64,000 nt of DNA, taken from positions 2,175,204 to 2,239,203 of the forward strand of contig OZ242322.1 in assembly GCA_965208155.1 (NCBI GenBank), given 5' to 3'. Each line of letters opens with the position of its first letter. Position 1 is the first letter of the stretch. A program made the translations under genes and the position numbers. Positions 10,074 through 19,384 of the stretch are shown piece by piece. The notes beneath the pieces are model-generated. The model had not been told where the DNA came from and did not search any database. It saw nothing but the letters and a program-made list of their open reading frames with translations. The DNA comes from Thermodesulfobacteriota bacterium (GTDB lineage Bacteria; Desulfobacterota_D; UBA1144; Nemesobacterales; Nemesobacteraceae).

Positions 10074-10423
10074 TTAGTTCTTCCTGTAAATACTGCAATA
10101 AGTTCCGACATATCGATCATAATATCTGATACTGCGACATTCTTACATGGTGATAATGTCTAGACCGAATGTCAAGGGGTTTCGACTTTTTCCCAAGATT
10201 GTATAATTACAATTGCTCCCGACAATATTTCCTCTGCGTTAAACAGGTTTGGAGCGCTCCTTTTGTCCAGTCGAGTTAAAATGAGGAGAAAATCAATAAA
10301 AATTTCAGCGGAAATGGGTTCCACCGTAGAAAGCGCAAGCGGATCAGTTCTTTTTATGTTTGCGCTCGCATTGTTTGTTTTTTTATCGGGCGCACTTTAT
10401 CTCTGTGCCCGCGAGGACATGGG

Positions 10424-11884
10424 ATGAGCAAAGCAGAAGGCGGTGATGGCAGGGTCGAATTTGATCTCAGTATGTCACCGGAACAGATGCTGGCACTTGC
10501 ACGCAAAACGGCAGAGTTAGTGGTGCAGCGCATAGAGAACTTGCCCGGAGAAGGTGCCTGGGAAGGAGAGTTCCGACGAGAACTCGAGGACCAACTGCTT
10601 AAGGATCCTCCCGAGGACGGCCGGTCGGCCTCGCAAGTGATCGAGCAGGCCGCACATGATATCCTCCCGGTCGCAATGCGCTTGGACCACCCGCGTTGCT
10701 TTGGATTCATCCCTTCGCAGCCCACCTGGCCCGGAGTGCTGGCCGACTTCATGGTTGCCGGATTTAACATCAACCAGTGTTCCTGGCTGACTTCGAGCGG
10801 TCCGAGCCAGCTCGAGCTCGTCGTGATCGACTGGTTTCGGCGCTGGCTTGGATATCCGGAGAGTGCGGGTGGGCTGTTGACGAGCGGGGGCTCGGCGGCG
10901 AACCTTGATGCCTTGGTCGCGGCGCGGGAGGCCGCAAACCACCCGGAACGTGCCAGTTTGTACATGAGCGACCAGAGCCACAGTGCGCTCGTCAAAGCGG
11001 CCAGGATTATAGGCGTTCGTCCAGAATGCATTCGTATGATTCCGACCGACGGGCGTTTCCGCATGGACATGGGTGCGCTTGTCGAGACCGTAGCTGAGGA
11101 CCGAGCTGCCGGACTCAGTCCCATCGCAGTGTGCGCGACCGCTGGAACGTCGAGCAGCGGAGCTGTCGACCCGCTGGAAGTGATGGCGGACTACTGTGAG
11201 GCGCAAGATATATGGCTTCACGTCGACGCCGCGCATGGAGGCTTCGCGATCGTGACCGAGGAGGGCAAGAAGGTCTTGAGTGGAATCGAGCGCGCAGATT
11301 CAATTGTGCTGGATGCACACAAGTGGTTTTTCCAGCCCTATGAGGTGGGGGGCCTGATGGTGAAGGATGTACGCACGCTCGAGCGGGTGTTTGCCGGCAA
11401 GCACGATATTCTCCAGGACACGATCTGGGGCGCTGACCATCCGAATTTTTCGGACAGGGGCCTGCAGCTCAGTCGCTCCGTTCGGGCGTTGAAGATCTGG
11501 ATGTCGGTTCAGACCTTCGGTATGGCCGCGTTCCGGGGAAAGGTATCGCATGGGATGGCGCTGGCGCACCGGATTGAGGAGTACATTGAGGACAGTCCCG
11601 TCCTGGAGATGTTGACTCCGGCGGTATTGGGAATCGCATGCTTCCGCGTCAACCCCGCAAACACCGACCTTGGCGAGGACGAGTTGGAAGAAATCAACAG
11701 GACCGTACTCGCCCGTGTCTTCTGGGAAGACCGCGCGTTCATATCATCGACACTTCTTCACGGGACGTTTGCGCTCAGGATGTGTGTCATCAACTACTCG
11801 ACGACTTGGAACGACGTACGCGAGACATTGGAAGTCATCTCGAAATTCGGGACGGAGAGCTTGATCCGAACCGATTCTTCATGA
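10424..11884 (+). CDS. Group II pyridoxal-phosphate-dependent amino-acid decarboxylase
   Basis: 486 aa. SGGSAANL, and DAHKW with the PLP lysine. Overall AADC/DABA-decarboxylase-like. Confidence 0.8.
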   Translation: MSKAEGGDGRVEFDLSMSPEQMLALARKTAELVVQRIENLPGEGAWEGEFRRELEDQLLKDPPEDGRSASQVIEQAAHDILPVAMRLDHPRCFGFIPSQPTWPGVLADFMVAGFNINQCSWLTSSGPSQLELVVIDWFRRWLGYPESAGGLLTSGGSAANLDALVAAREAANHPERASLYMSDQSHSALVKAARIIGVRPECIRMIPTDGRFRMDMGALVETVAEDRAAGLSPIAVCATAGTSSSGAVDPLEVMADYCEAQDIWLHVDAAHGGFAIVTEEGKKVLSGIERADSIVLDAHKWFFQPYEVGGLMVKDVRTLERVFAGKHDILQDTIWGADHPNFSDRGLQLSRSVRALKIWMSVQTFGMAAFRGKVSHGMALAHRIEEYIEDSPVLEMLTPAVLGIACFRVNPANTDLGEDELEEINRTVLARVFWEDRAFISSTLLHGTFALRMCVINYSTTWNDVRETLEVISKFGTESLIRTDSS

Positions 11885-12241
11885 ATACAAACAGCGCGTC
11901 TCTATGCTTTAGGTAACGGTTCCTTAACCGTACCGCGTCCTGTTGCTCAGGTTCGGTTTCGAGCAGTTCGTCAACTCTTCTCTCAAAGTCCTTGAGATGT
12001 TCCTCAAGCGCTGCGTCGTCAAAGCTGTCACGACACCTTTGTTGTCTGCGGACTTGAGTCCTTGGAAAAAGATAGATTTCGGAGGTGAAAGCATTTTTTC
12101 CGATTGAGAAATTTCAGGAATATAGATAAAATAAATACTTATCTATTGATAAATATATAAACACTTTTGAGGAATTATTTTTATATTTTCTTAAAAGTAT
12201 AGTATAATTGTATTTATATTTTAAATAATAAACTAAGAAAC

Positions 12242-13069
12242 TTGGATCAAGCGCAGACCGAGGATGTTGGTATGAGACACGTAGAAACACAGGATGAAAC
12301 CCCACGGAGAACCAGAATCAACCGCCTGCTTGCCCAGAATCCCCCGGGTGTTCCTATGACCAGCGGGTGGCTTGCCTTACGGCAGGTTTCTCCCCAATTG
12401 CTGCAAGGCTACAAAAGCAGTGGCTGGCTGAGTCCCATTGGCAGAGGGGCATGGATGCGGGCGGGTACGGAACCTACCTTGTCTGGTTCCATCTACGCTT
12501 TGCAACGCCAGGGATCGGCAACCGTTTACCCAGCGGCGTGCACGGCGCTTGGATATCAGGGGCGCCTGCATTACCTGCCGCTTGGGGAAAGCCCGGTTCT
12601 GCAACTCGGCGTCGGGTCTGATAAGAAACTGCCCCAGTGGTTCACCCGCCAGACGTTCGCCAAAAACCTGCGCGTGCTAAACGCCGATGCGCTGTTTGAC
12701 CCAGTCTCAGCGGGTGTGACCGACTGGCGCACCGGGGAGTTCTCGCTCGAAATAAGCTCTCCCGAACGGGCCATGCTCGAGTACTGCTATCTGCTGCCGA
12801 ACCACGCGGATTTCGAGGAAGCCAGGCAGCTTATGGAAGGTCTTGCGACGTTGTGCCCCGAGATGGTACAAACCATCCTGCTTGCCTGCAGGTCGGTAAA
12901 GGCAAAGCGGCTGTTTCTTGCCTTGGCGGAGATTGTCGGTCACGAATGGTACCGTGAACTGGACTTGGGGTCCGTTAAGCTCGGTTCCGGGAGCCGTCAT
13001 GTCGTAAGCGGCGGATTTTGGAACTCGAGATTCAAGATAACGGTTCCCGAAATCTGGACGGCTTCATGA
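12242..13069 (+). CDS. AbiEi-like (type IV TA antitoxin-like) transcriptional regulator, tentative, no AbiEii partner
   Basis: The N-terminal pattern (LTSGWLALRQVSPQLLQGYKSSGWLSPIGRGAW) resembles the AbiEi_4 winged-helix. The downstream gene is an ABC permease, not a nucleotidyltransferase. Confidence 0.35.
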   Translation: MDQAQTEDVGMRHVETQDETPRRTRINRLLAQNPPGVPMTSGWLALRQVSPQLLQGYKSSGWLSPIGRGAWMRAGTEPTLSGSIYALQRQGSATVYPAACTALGYQGRLHYLPLGESPVLQLGVGSDKKLPQWFTRQTFAKNLRVLNADALFDPVSAGVTDWRTGEFSLEISSPERAMLEYCYLLPNHADFEEARQLMEGLATLCPEMVQTILLACRSVKAKRLFLALAEIVGHEWYRELDLGSVKLGSGSRHVVSGGFWNSRFKITVPEIWTAS

Positions 13070-13196
13070 CGGAAGCGTATCGGAGACAACCAAGCTTGTT
13101 TTTGGAAACATATGAAGTAAATTTGGGCATGGCGAGTATACTTTCCGTCTGGTTTATAAAAAATCCAACCCTTGAAGGATATTCTTTTTTCGCCCA

Positions 13197-14198
13197 ATGA
13201 AGGACTATATCCTGAAAAGACTTCTGCTGATGATTCCCACACTGTTCGGGATCACCCTTATCACTTTTTTGGTGATACAGCTTGCCCCGGGGAGCCCCGT
13301 TGAGAGCAGGATGTCGATTGATCAGGGAATAAAAAGCGATCAGGTAACAAAGGAGATAGTCGAGCAGACGAAAAAACTCTACGGTCTCGATAAGCCCGTT
13401 CACCAGAGGTACTTCATCTGGCTCCGCCAGATCGCGACGCTTGATTTCGGAAATTCCTACAAGGACCACCGCCCGGTCATAGACAAGATAGCGGAAAGAC
13501 TCCCGATCACCCTCATACTTAACGTGCTTTCAATCTTTCTCGTTTACCTGATAGCCATACCGATTGGGGCCTGGTCCGCCGTGCGGCAGTGGAGTTTCGC
13601 GGAACGGGCCACGACTTTCGTTCTTTTTCTTCTCTACTCGATTCCGAGCTTCTGGATGGCCGTGGTGCTCATCTATTTCTTCGGTGGAGGCGGAGCGCTG
13701 GATATCTTTCCCATATACGGCGTGCACTCGAGGGGATATGAGGACCTTCCTTTTTTCGAGAGAACTCTCGATTTCCTCTGGCACCTTGTTCTTCCCGTGT
13801 TCTGCCTTACCTACGCGAGCCTCGCGTCGCTTTCTCGCTACCAGAAGGGAAGCCTTCTCGAGGTGCTCAGAGAGGACTACATAAGGACCGCGAGGGCCAA
13901 GGGGCTTGCGCCCGACAGGGTGCTTTTCAAGCACGCCCTAAGGAACTCGCTCATCCCCATAGTGACGATAATCGCCTCGATTCTTCCCGCCATGATAGGG
14001 GGAAGCGTTATCATAGAGACCATATTCTCGATCCCCGGGATAGGAAGGCTTGGTTTTGAGTCGGTGCTCTCAAGGGACTACCCCGTCATAATGGCCGTTG
14101 CCACCATATCCGCTTTCCTTACCCTGATCGGCATTCTCATATCGGACATAACCTACGCCATTGTCGATCCCAGGATAGGCTTTGGGAGGAAGTCATGA
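13197..14198 (+). CDS. Peptide ABC transporter permease (DppB/OppB-like)
   Basis: 333 aa, 6 TM, BPD_transp_1 signature region (EDYIRTARAKGL). Confidence 0.85.
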   Translation: MKDYILKRLLLMIPTLFGITLITFLVIQLAPGSPVESRMSIDQGIKSDQVTKEIVEQTKKLYGLDKPVHQRYFIWLRQIATLDFGNSYKDHRPVIDKIAERLPITLILNVLSIFLVYLIAIPIGAWSAVRQWSFAERATTFVLFLLYSIPSFWMAVVLIYFFGGGGALDIFPIYGVHSRGYEDLPFFERTLDFLWHLVLPVFCLTYASLASLSRYQKGSLLEVLREDYIRTARAKGLAPDRVLFKHALRNSLIPIVTIIASILPAMIGGSVIIETIFSIPGIGRLGFESVLSRDYPVIMAVATISAFLTLIGILISDITYAIVDPRIGFGRKS

Positions 14199-15193
14199 AG
14201 CAGAGCTCAGGCGCAGGATACTGGGACGGGGTATGGATCGAGTTCAAAAAGGATTTCCTAGCGTACGCCTCGTTTTTTTTCATAGTCCTCCTCGCGGTGA
14301 CGGCGATTTTCGAGAGTTTCCTTGCGGGCAACAGGCCCATAGTGCTCGTTGACGAGGGCAAGTACTATTTCCCCGTGGTTATCGATTATCCCGAGTTTCG
14401 AGGAGAGGATCTTCGGGCCATGTATCTTGACGACGCGGATTCGTTCGCGATTTTCCCCCCTGTAAAATACAGTCCCACCGAGAGCGATTTCTTCTCCGTT
14501 CTCGCGGCTCCCGACGGGAACCATTTTCTGGGTACGGACGACAGGGGAAGGGATGTTCTAAGCAGAATGATTCACGGGGCGAGAATATCGCTCTCAATAG
14601 GGGTGGTCGCCGTCGGGATAGCCATGGTGATAGGAATAATGCTGGGGGCGATTGCTGGTTATTACGGCGGCTGGATTGATTTTGCGATTTCAAGACTGAT
14701 AGAAGTGATGATCACTTTTCCTGTTTTCTTTCTGATCCTCACTATTCTCGCTTTTACCGAGCCCAGCATTTACAACATCATGATAGTGATAGGCATAACG
14801 GGCTGGACGGGCGTGGCGAGGCTCGTTCGCGGGGAATTTCTGAAACTTCGCCAGACGAACTATGTCGAGGCGGCGTGGGCCCTTGGAAGCGGCGACCGCA
14901 GGATTATACTAAAGCACATGCTTCCCAATGCTCTCGCGCCCGTTTTGGTAAGCGCCACCTTCGGAGTGGCGGGAGCTATACTGGTTGAATCGAGTCTCAG
15001 TTTTCTCGGGTTCGGGGTTACGCCTCCTGAACCCAGCTGGGGAGAGATAATCTCGCAGTCCCAGAAGTACGTGGATTTCGCGTGGTGGCTTGTTCTTTTC
15101 CCGGGGCTTGCGATTTTCGCGACGGTTACGGCGCTTAATCTTGTGGGGGAAGGATTCAGAAACGCGATAGACCCGAAACTAAAGGAAAGATAA
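14195..15193 (+). CDS. Peptide ABC transporter permease (DppC/OppC-like)
   Basis: 332 aa. Overlaps the preceding permease by 4 nt. Typical OppC N-terminal extension and permease core. Confidence 0.85.
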   Translation: MKQSSGAGYWDGVWIEFKKDFLAYASFFFIVLLAVTAIFESFLAGNRPIVLVDEGKYYFPVVIDYPEFRGEDLRAMYLDDADSFAIFPPVKYSPTESDFFSVLAAPDGNHFLGTDDRGRDVLSRMIHGARISLSIGVVAVGIAMVIGIMLGAIAGYYGGWIDFAISRLIEVMITFPVFFLILTILAFTEPSIYNIMIVIGITGWTGVARLVRGEFLKLRQTNYVEAAWALGSGDRRIILKHMLPNALAPVLVSATFGVAGAILVESSLSFLGFGVTPPEPSWGEIISQSQKYVDFAWWLVLFPGLAIFATVTALNLVGEGFRNAIDPKLKER

Positions 15194-15199
15194 TATTAA

Positions 15200-16195
15200 G
15201 TGATGGCAAATTCAGAATTGCTCGAGATAAAAAATCTTAACGTGTCCTTTCCCTCAGAAGGCGGGGAACTTGAGGTTCTGGGGGACGTGAGCCTTAGCAT
15301 AGGGGAGGGGAGGATAGTCGGGGTTGTGGGAGAAAGCGGCTGCGGAAAAACCCTTACCGCTCTTTCCGTCATGGGGCTTCTGCCCGCACCGCCTGCCAGA
15401 GTGAACTCGGGGGAGGTGATATACAAGGGAGAAAATCTCCTCTCGCTCACCGAGCGGGAACTCAGGCGTTACCGCGGAAACAGGATCTCCATGATATTCC
15501 AGGAGCCGATGAGTTCGCTTAATCCCGTTTATACCGTGGGAGATCAGATAGGCGAGGTCATAAGGGTTCACGAGAACGTCTCAAGGAAAGAGGAAAAAAG
15601 GAGGGTGGTTGATCTGCTTGACACTGTGGGCATTCCCTCTCCCGCGGAGAGATATTCTAGCTATCCGCACGAACTCAGCGGAGGAATGTGCCAGAGAGTC
15701 ATGATCGCTATGGCTCTTGCATGCAGCCCCGAACTTCTGATAGCCGATGAACCGACGACTGCCCTTGACGTGACCATTCAGGCGGGAATTCTGTCCCTTA
15801 TAAAGAGTCTGCGGGACAGGATGGGGATGGCAGTCATGCTGATCTCACACGACCTTGGGGTCATCTCGAATGTTGCGGACGATGTCTATGTTCTCTACGC
15901 TGGCAAGGTGGTTGAGCGGGGAAGCGTTGAGCAACTTTTCTCCGCCCCTGCCCATCCCTACACAATAGGACTTATAAACTCGATTCCCGGTCAGTCGGCT
16001 GGCGAGGAGCTTTACTCTATAAAGGGCACTATTCCCTCTCCGGGGGAGTTCCCTGAGGGGTGCAGGTTCAACAACCGCTGCGAGTACGCGGAAGGGAAAT
16101 GTTTTGAGGCGCAGCCGGATCTTTACAGTATTTCTGATTCTCATGGTTCAGCCTGTTTTCGCTACGAGATGTTTTTGAAAAATGGATCGGAATAA
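15200..16195 (+). CDS. Peptide ABC transporter ATP-binding protein (DppD/OppD-like)
   Basis: Walker A GESGCGKT, signature LSGGMCQR, Walker [13 protein letters not shown], and the Cys-rich oligopeptide C-terminal extension. Confidence 0.85.
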   Translation: MMANSELLEIKNLNVSFPSEGGELEVLGDVSLSIGEGRIVGVVGESGCGKTLTALSVMGLLPAPPARVNSGEVIYKGENLLSLTERELRRYRGNRISMIFQEPMSSLNPVYTVGDQIGEVIRVHENVSRKEEKRRVVDLLDTVGIPSPAERYSSYPHELSGGMCQRVMIAMALACSPELLIADEPTTALDVTIQAGILSLIKSLRDRMGMAVMLISHDLGVISNVADDVYVLYAGKVVERGSVEQLFSAPAHPYTIGLINSIPGQSAGEELYSIKGTIPSPGEFPEGCRFNNRCEYAEGKCFEAQPDLYSISDSHGSACFRYEMFLKNGSE

Positions 16196-16240
16196 TGCGT
16201 TTAAACGGGTAGAAATTCCACTTTGTTGAAGTATTTGGTG

Positions 16241-16558
16241 TTATCTCAGGGCCTGTACATGAAGTTTTACGCCCTCTCTTTCTTTTAAAGACGCTAGCAG
16301 GGAGGAGATGTTTTTAAGACTCGGGTTCCCCTTCGGACCGAGCATGCGCATTAGGCTTTTCGGGTCTTTTTTCGTAAGAGCCCCAAGTTCCTGAAAACCG
16401 ACTGTCGCGTTAACGTAGTCTCTTAATAAGTCTTTGGCTACGTCAATTTCATCATTGAGCACACACTCAATTGCTTCGGTCAGAAGACCGACGCGGAACT
16501 CCGGATCTCTCTTCGCCCGTTCCATTACGGTATCTCTGAAATCGCATGTTAATGCCAT
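16241..16558 (-). CDS. Putative addiction-module antidote protein (HTH, TIGR02684-like)
   Basis: 105 aa. Resembles the antidote partner of RelE/ParE-like 'addiction module killer' proteins. Only a C-terminal remnant of a killer gene lies upstream. Confidence 0.5.
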   Translation of the reverse strand: MALTCDFRDTVMERAKRDPEFRVGLLTEAIECVLNDEIDVAKDLLRDYVNATVGFQELGALTKKDPKSLMRMLGPKGNPSLKNISSLLASLKEREGVKLHVQALR

Positions 16559-16585
16559 TATTTGTTTCCCTTTTTTGGATTTTTA

Positions 16586-16690
16586 TTTCCTGCCTCTGTA
16601 GTCTCGCAAATGTTCCTTTGCCCTGTCAATATAATTCTGCCGATGTCTTTTCGTTTTGCTGACCAGAAAATAATTAGAGTTGTTCCCACG
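16586..16690 (-). pseudogene. Remnant of the 3' end of a RelE/ParE-like killer gene
   Basis: The reverse strand reads ...NSNYFLVSKTKRHRQNYIDRAKEHLRDYRGRK*. This resembles killer-protein C-termini (GGDKSxQQKDIxKAKEL) and ends just before the antidote start. The upstream body is replaced by the higB locus. Confidence 0.2.
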
Positions 16691-16724
16691 CAGTATTTTT
16701 ACTGATTTTGTAAAACCGGTTAAG

Positions 16725-17006
16725 TTCTTTACGAATGATTCGCAGCTTCAAGGACCGCAACACCCAGCGTTTTTTCGAGGGGCAGCGTGTCGCGGCGTTT
16801 CAAGGATTATTTGCAGATCAGGCAACGCGACGCTTGACAACGCCGAAACGCTAAGTGATCTGGCGGCCCTGCCGAGTAATCGGTTGGAGGCAATGCGGGG
16901 CGATCGGGCCGGTCAATACAGCATAGGAATCAACGCACAGTGGCGGATTTGTTTCCGTTGGACCGATGATGGGCCATGCGATGTGGAGATTGTAAATTAC
17001 CACTAA
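16725..17006 (+). pseudogene. higB: higB (RelE/ParE-superfamily killer) disrupted by a frameshift
   Basis: The N-terminus MIRSFKDRNTQRFFEGQRVAAFQGLFADQATRRL reads in one frame and hits a stop at 16852-16854. The C-terminus LDNAETLSDLAALPSNRLEAMRGDRAGQYSIGINAQWRICFRWTDDGPCDVEIVNYH reads in another frame. The frames switch around 16830-16845. Confidence 0.6.
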
Positions 17007-17017
17007 GGAGTATGGGA

Positions 17018-17323
17018 ATGAACTCTAGAAACGGAATGAGGCCGGTGCATCCGGGCGAAATACTTCGCGAGGAGCTCGAAACGCTCGGGCTGTCGGCTAA
17101 TGTCTTGTCGAAAGAGTTGGGCGTGCCGGCGAACCGAATCAGGATGATTCTGAACGGTCAGCGAGGCGTGAGTGCCAACACGGCACTGCGGTTGGCTAGG
17201 TATTTCGGGACGACACCGCAACTGTGGCTGAACCTGCAAAAGACATGGGAGCTTCGCCGGGCAGAAATCGAAGCAGGCCGCGAGATCGCTGAACGCGTTA
17301 CGCCCCGCGAGACAGTGGCGTAG
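17018..17323 (+). CDS. higA: HigA antitoxin (XRE HTH)
   Basis: MNSRNGMRPVHPGEILREELE...GTTPQLWLNLQ matches HigA. RBS AAGGAG sits 7 nt upstream. Lies directly downstream of higB. Confidence 0.75.
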   Translation: MNSRNGMRPVHPGEILREELETLGLSANVLSKELGVPANRIRMILNGQRGVSANTALRLARYFGTTPQLWLNLQKTWELRRAEIEAGREIAERVTPRETVA

Positions 17324-17330
17324 CGGAGGA

Positions 17331-18251
17331 TTGGTCCCCATGGCTGTCCCAGACTATCAAACGTTAATGCTCCCGGCCTTACAGGCACTTTCCAACGGAG
17401 TTGAAACACCCATTTCTGAAGTACGCGCGCGTGTCGCTGCTGCCGAAAATCTTACGGATCAGGATTTAAAGGAAATGCTACCCAGTAAACGCCAGCCAGT
17501 ATTTGTGAACCGGGTGAGTTGGGCAGTGATTTACATGGAGCGCGCAGGTCTTGTGGAGCGTGTCCGCCGGGCCGTGTATCGGGTCACAGCGGAAGGCAAG
17601 CGCTTGCTGCAGCAGAATCCGTCGAGGATCGATCTGAATGTTCTTCGTACATACCCAGCGTTTCTGAATTGGAGTGCAGCAAAAAAATCCAGCACCGTCG
17701 AGCCTTCGAGCGAGTCCGCGGATACCCCGGAGGAAGAGCTAGAAGGTGTGGTTCAGCAACTGCGCCGCACATTGGAATTTGATGTACTCGACCGTGTCCG
17801 CAAGGCGACACCAGCATTTTTGGAACAGGTGGTTATTGATCTGCTGATTGCTATGGGTTATGGAGGTGGTGACACCGCAATGGGGCACGTAACAGGAGGC
17901 CCGGGTGACGGTGGGATTGATGGGACAATCAGGGAAGACACCTTGGGTCTGGACGAGGTCTATGTTCAGGCTAAGAAGTATGCAGAGGGTAGTACCGTGG
18001 GTGAATCCGACCTACGTAACTTCGCTGGTGCAATTGATGCCGCGGGTACGACTAAGGGAGTGTTTGTCACCACCGCTAATTTTACACGCAGTGCGCGGAA
18101 TTATGTGGCGCGGAGTCCGAAACGTATAGTCCTGATTGACGGAGAAGAACTGGCGCGTCTGATGGTCGCCCATGATATCGGCGTGCGGATACGGATTTCC
18201 CATCAGATCAAGCGGATAGACGAGGATTATTTTACTCAGGACGCTCCGTAG
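17331..18251 (+). CDS. mrr: Mrr-family type IV (modification-dependent) restriction endonuclease
   Basis: N-terminal Mrr_N winged helix. C-terminal Mrr_cat with a PD-(D/E)xK-like core (GGIDGTI...VYVQAKKY). Confidence 0.75.
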   Translation: MVPMAVPDYQTLMLPALQALSNGVETPISEVRARVAAAENLTDQDLKEMLPSKRQPVFVNRVSWAVIYMERAGLVERVRRAVYRVTAEGKRLLQQNPSRIDLNVLRTYPAFLNWSAAKKSSTVEPSSESADTPEEELEGVVQQLRRTLEFDVLDRVRKATPAFLEQVVIDLLIAMGYGGGDTAMGHVTGGPGDGGIDGTIREDTLGLDEVYVQAKKYAEGSTVGESDLRNFAGAIDAAGTTKGVFVTTANFTRSARNYVARSPKRIVLIDGEELARLMVAHDIGVRIRISHQIKRIDEDYFTQDAP

Positions 18252-18362
18252 GCCATTGCCTGTTATGGAATGAGGTTTGTGTGTTTGCTACACTAGCTTT
18301 GTGGATGGATGAGACAGCACACCACTTGCGAAAGTGGCGAAATGCCGAGTTGTAATCTTTTT

Positions 18363-19343
18363 ATGGAAATGAATAAAGCAATATTAAGCGTAAGGGGACT
18401 TAAAAAGTACTTTCCGATTCGCAAGGGTATTTTATCCAGGGTTTCTAACTATGTACGTGCTGTTGATGAAGTAGAACTTGAAATAAAAAAAGGCAGTACG
18501 GTGGGTCTTGTGGGAGAGAGCGGAAGCGGCAAGACGACTCTTGGAAAAACGGTACTGAGACTCCTTTCCCCAACCGCTGGGAAAATTTTCTTTGAGGGAG
18601 AGGACATCACCGAACTTGACTCCGCCCGGCTTCGCTCTCTCAGAAGAGAAATGCAGATGATATTCCAGAACCCCTACGGCTCACTTAATCCCAGAATGAA
18701 CGTGGGTTCGCTTGTTTCCGAGGGAATAAGTATCCACAACACGGTAAAGAAAGAAGAGCGCCGCGAGTTTGTGGTCCAGCTTCTGGGCGAGGTGGGACTG
18801 GGTGCCGACGTTATGAACCGCTATCCTCACGAGTTCAGCGGTGGGCAGCGCCAGAGAATAGCCATAGCGCGCGCGATTTCTCTTCGCCCGAAGTTTGTTG
18901 TCTGTGATGAGCCTGTCTCGGCTCTTGATGTGTCCGTACAGGCGCAGATAATAAATCTGCTTAAGGACCTCCAGAGGAAACACGGCCTCTCCTATCTTTT
19001 TATATCCCATGACCTTCGCGTCGTAAAACACATAAGCGACCTGGTGGCCGTAATGTACCTTGGAAAAATAGTCGAGATTGCCCCAAGCGAGGAAATCTAC
19101 TCAAACCCCGTGCATCCTTACACCAAGGTGCTTATCTCCGCCATTCCCGAGATAAAAAGAACCGGGAGCAGAAACGGCAAGGAAGTCTCGATATCGGGGG
19201 AAATACGGAATCTCGCGGACATTCCCTCTGGGTGCAGCTTCCATCCGAGGTGCCCTCTTGCGAGCGAGGTGTGCTCAAGGGAGACTCCGCGTCTTGAGAA
19301 AAAAGGAATCGATGGGCGAAGCGTCGCCTGTCATAACGTCTGA
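18363..19343 (+). CDS. Peptide ABC transporter ATP-binding protein (DppF/OppF-like)
   Basis: Walker A GESGSGKT, signature FSGGQRQR, Walker B VVCDEPVSALD, and a Cys-containing C-terminal extension. Start taken at the internal MEMNK. Confidence 0.85.
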   Translation: MEMNKAILSVRGLKKYFPIRKGILSRVSNYVRAVDEVELEIKKGSTVGLVGESGSGKTTLGKTVLRLLSPTAGKIFFEGEDITELDSARLRSLRREMQMIFQNPYGSLNPRMNVGSLVSEGISIHNTVKKEERREFVVQLLGEVGLGADVMNRYPHEFSGGQRQRIAIARAISLRPKFVVCDEPVSALDVSVQAQIINLLKDLQRKHGLSYLFISHDLRVVKHISDLVAVMYLGKIVEIAPSEEIYSNPVHPYTKVLISAIPEIKRTGSRNGKEVSISGEIRNLADIPSGCSFHPRCPLASEVCSRETPRLEKKGIDGRSVACHNV

Positions 19344-19384
19344 TCGGCCCGTTTTTTTCCTGCTGGCCCGTCTTTTCTGAATCC

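Noticed and set aside
11900-12060. Minus-strand translation ...DDAALEEHLKDFERRVDELLETEPEQQDAVRLRNRYLKHRDALFVFM, considered as a possible IS66-type transposase fragment
   Set aside because: Only a vague resemblance to IS66 TnpC N-terminal regions. The frame does not continue into the expected NNxAER zinc-finger motif.
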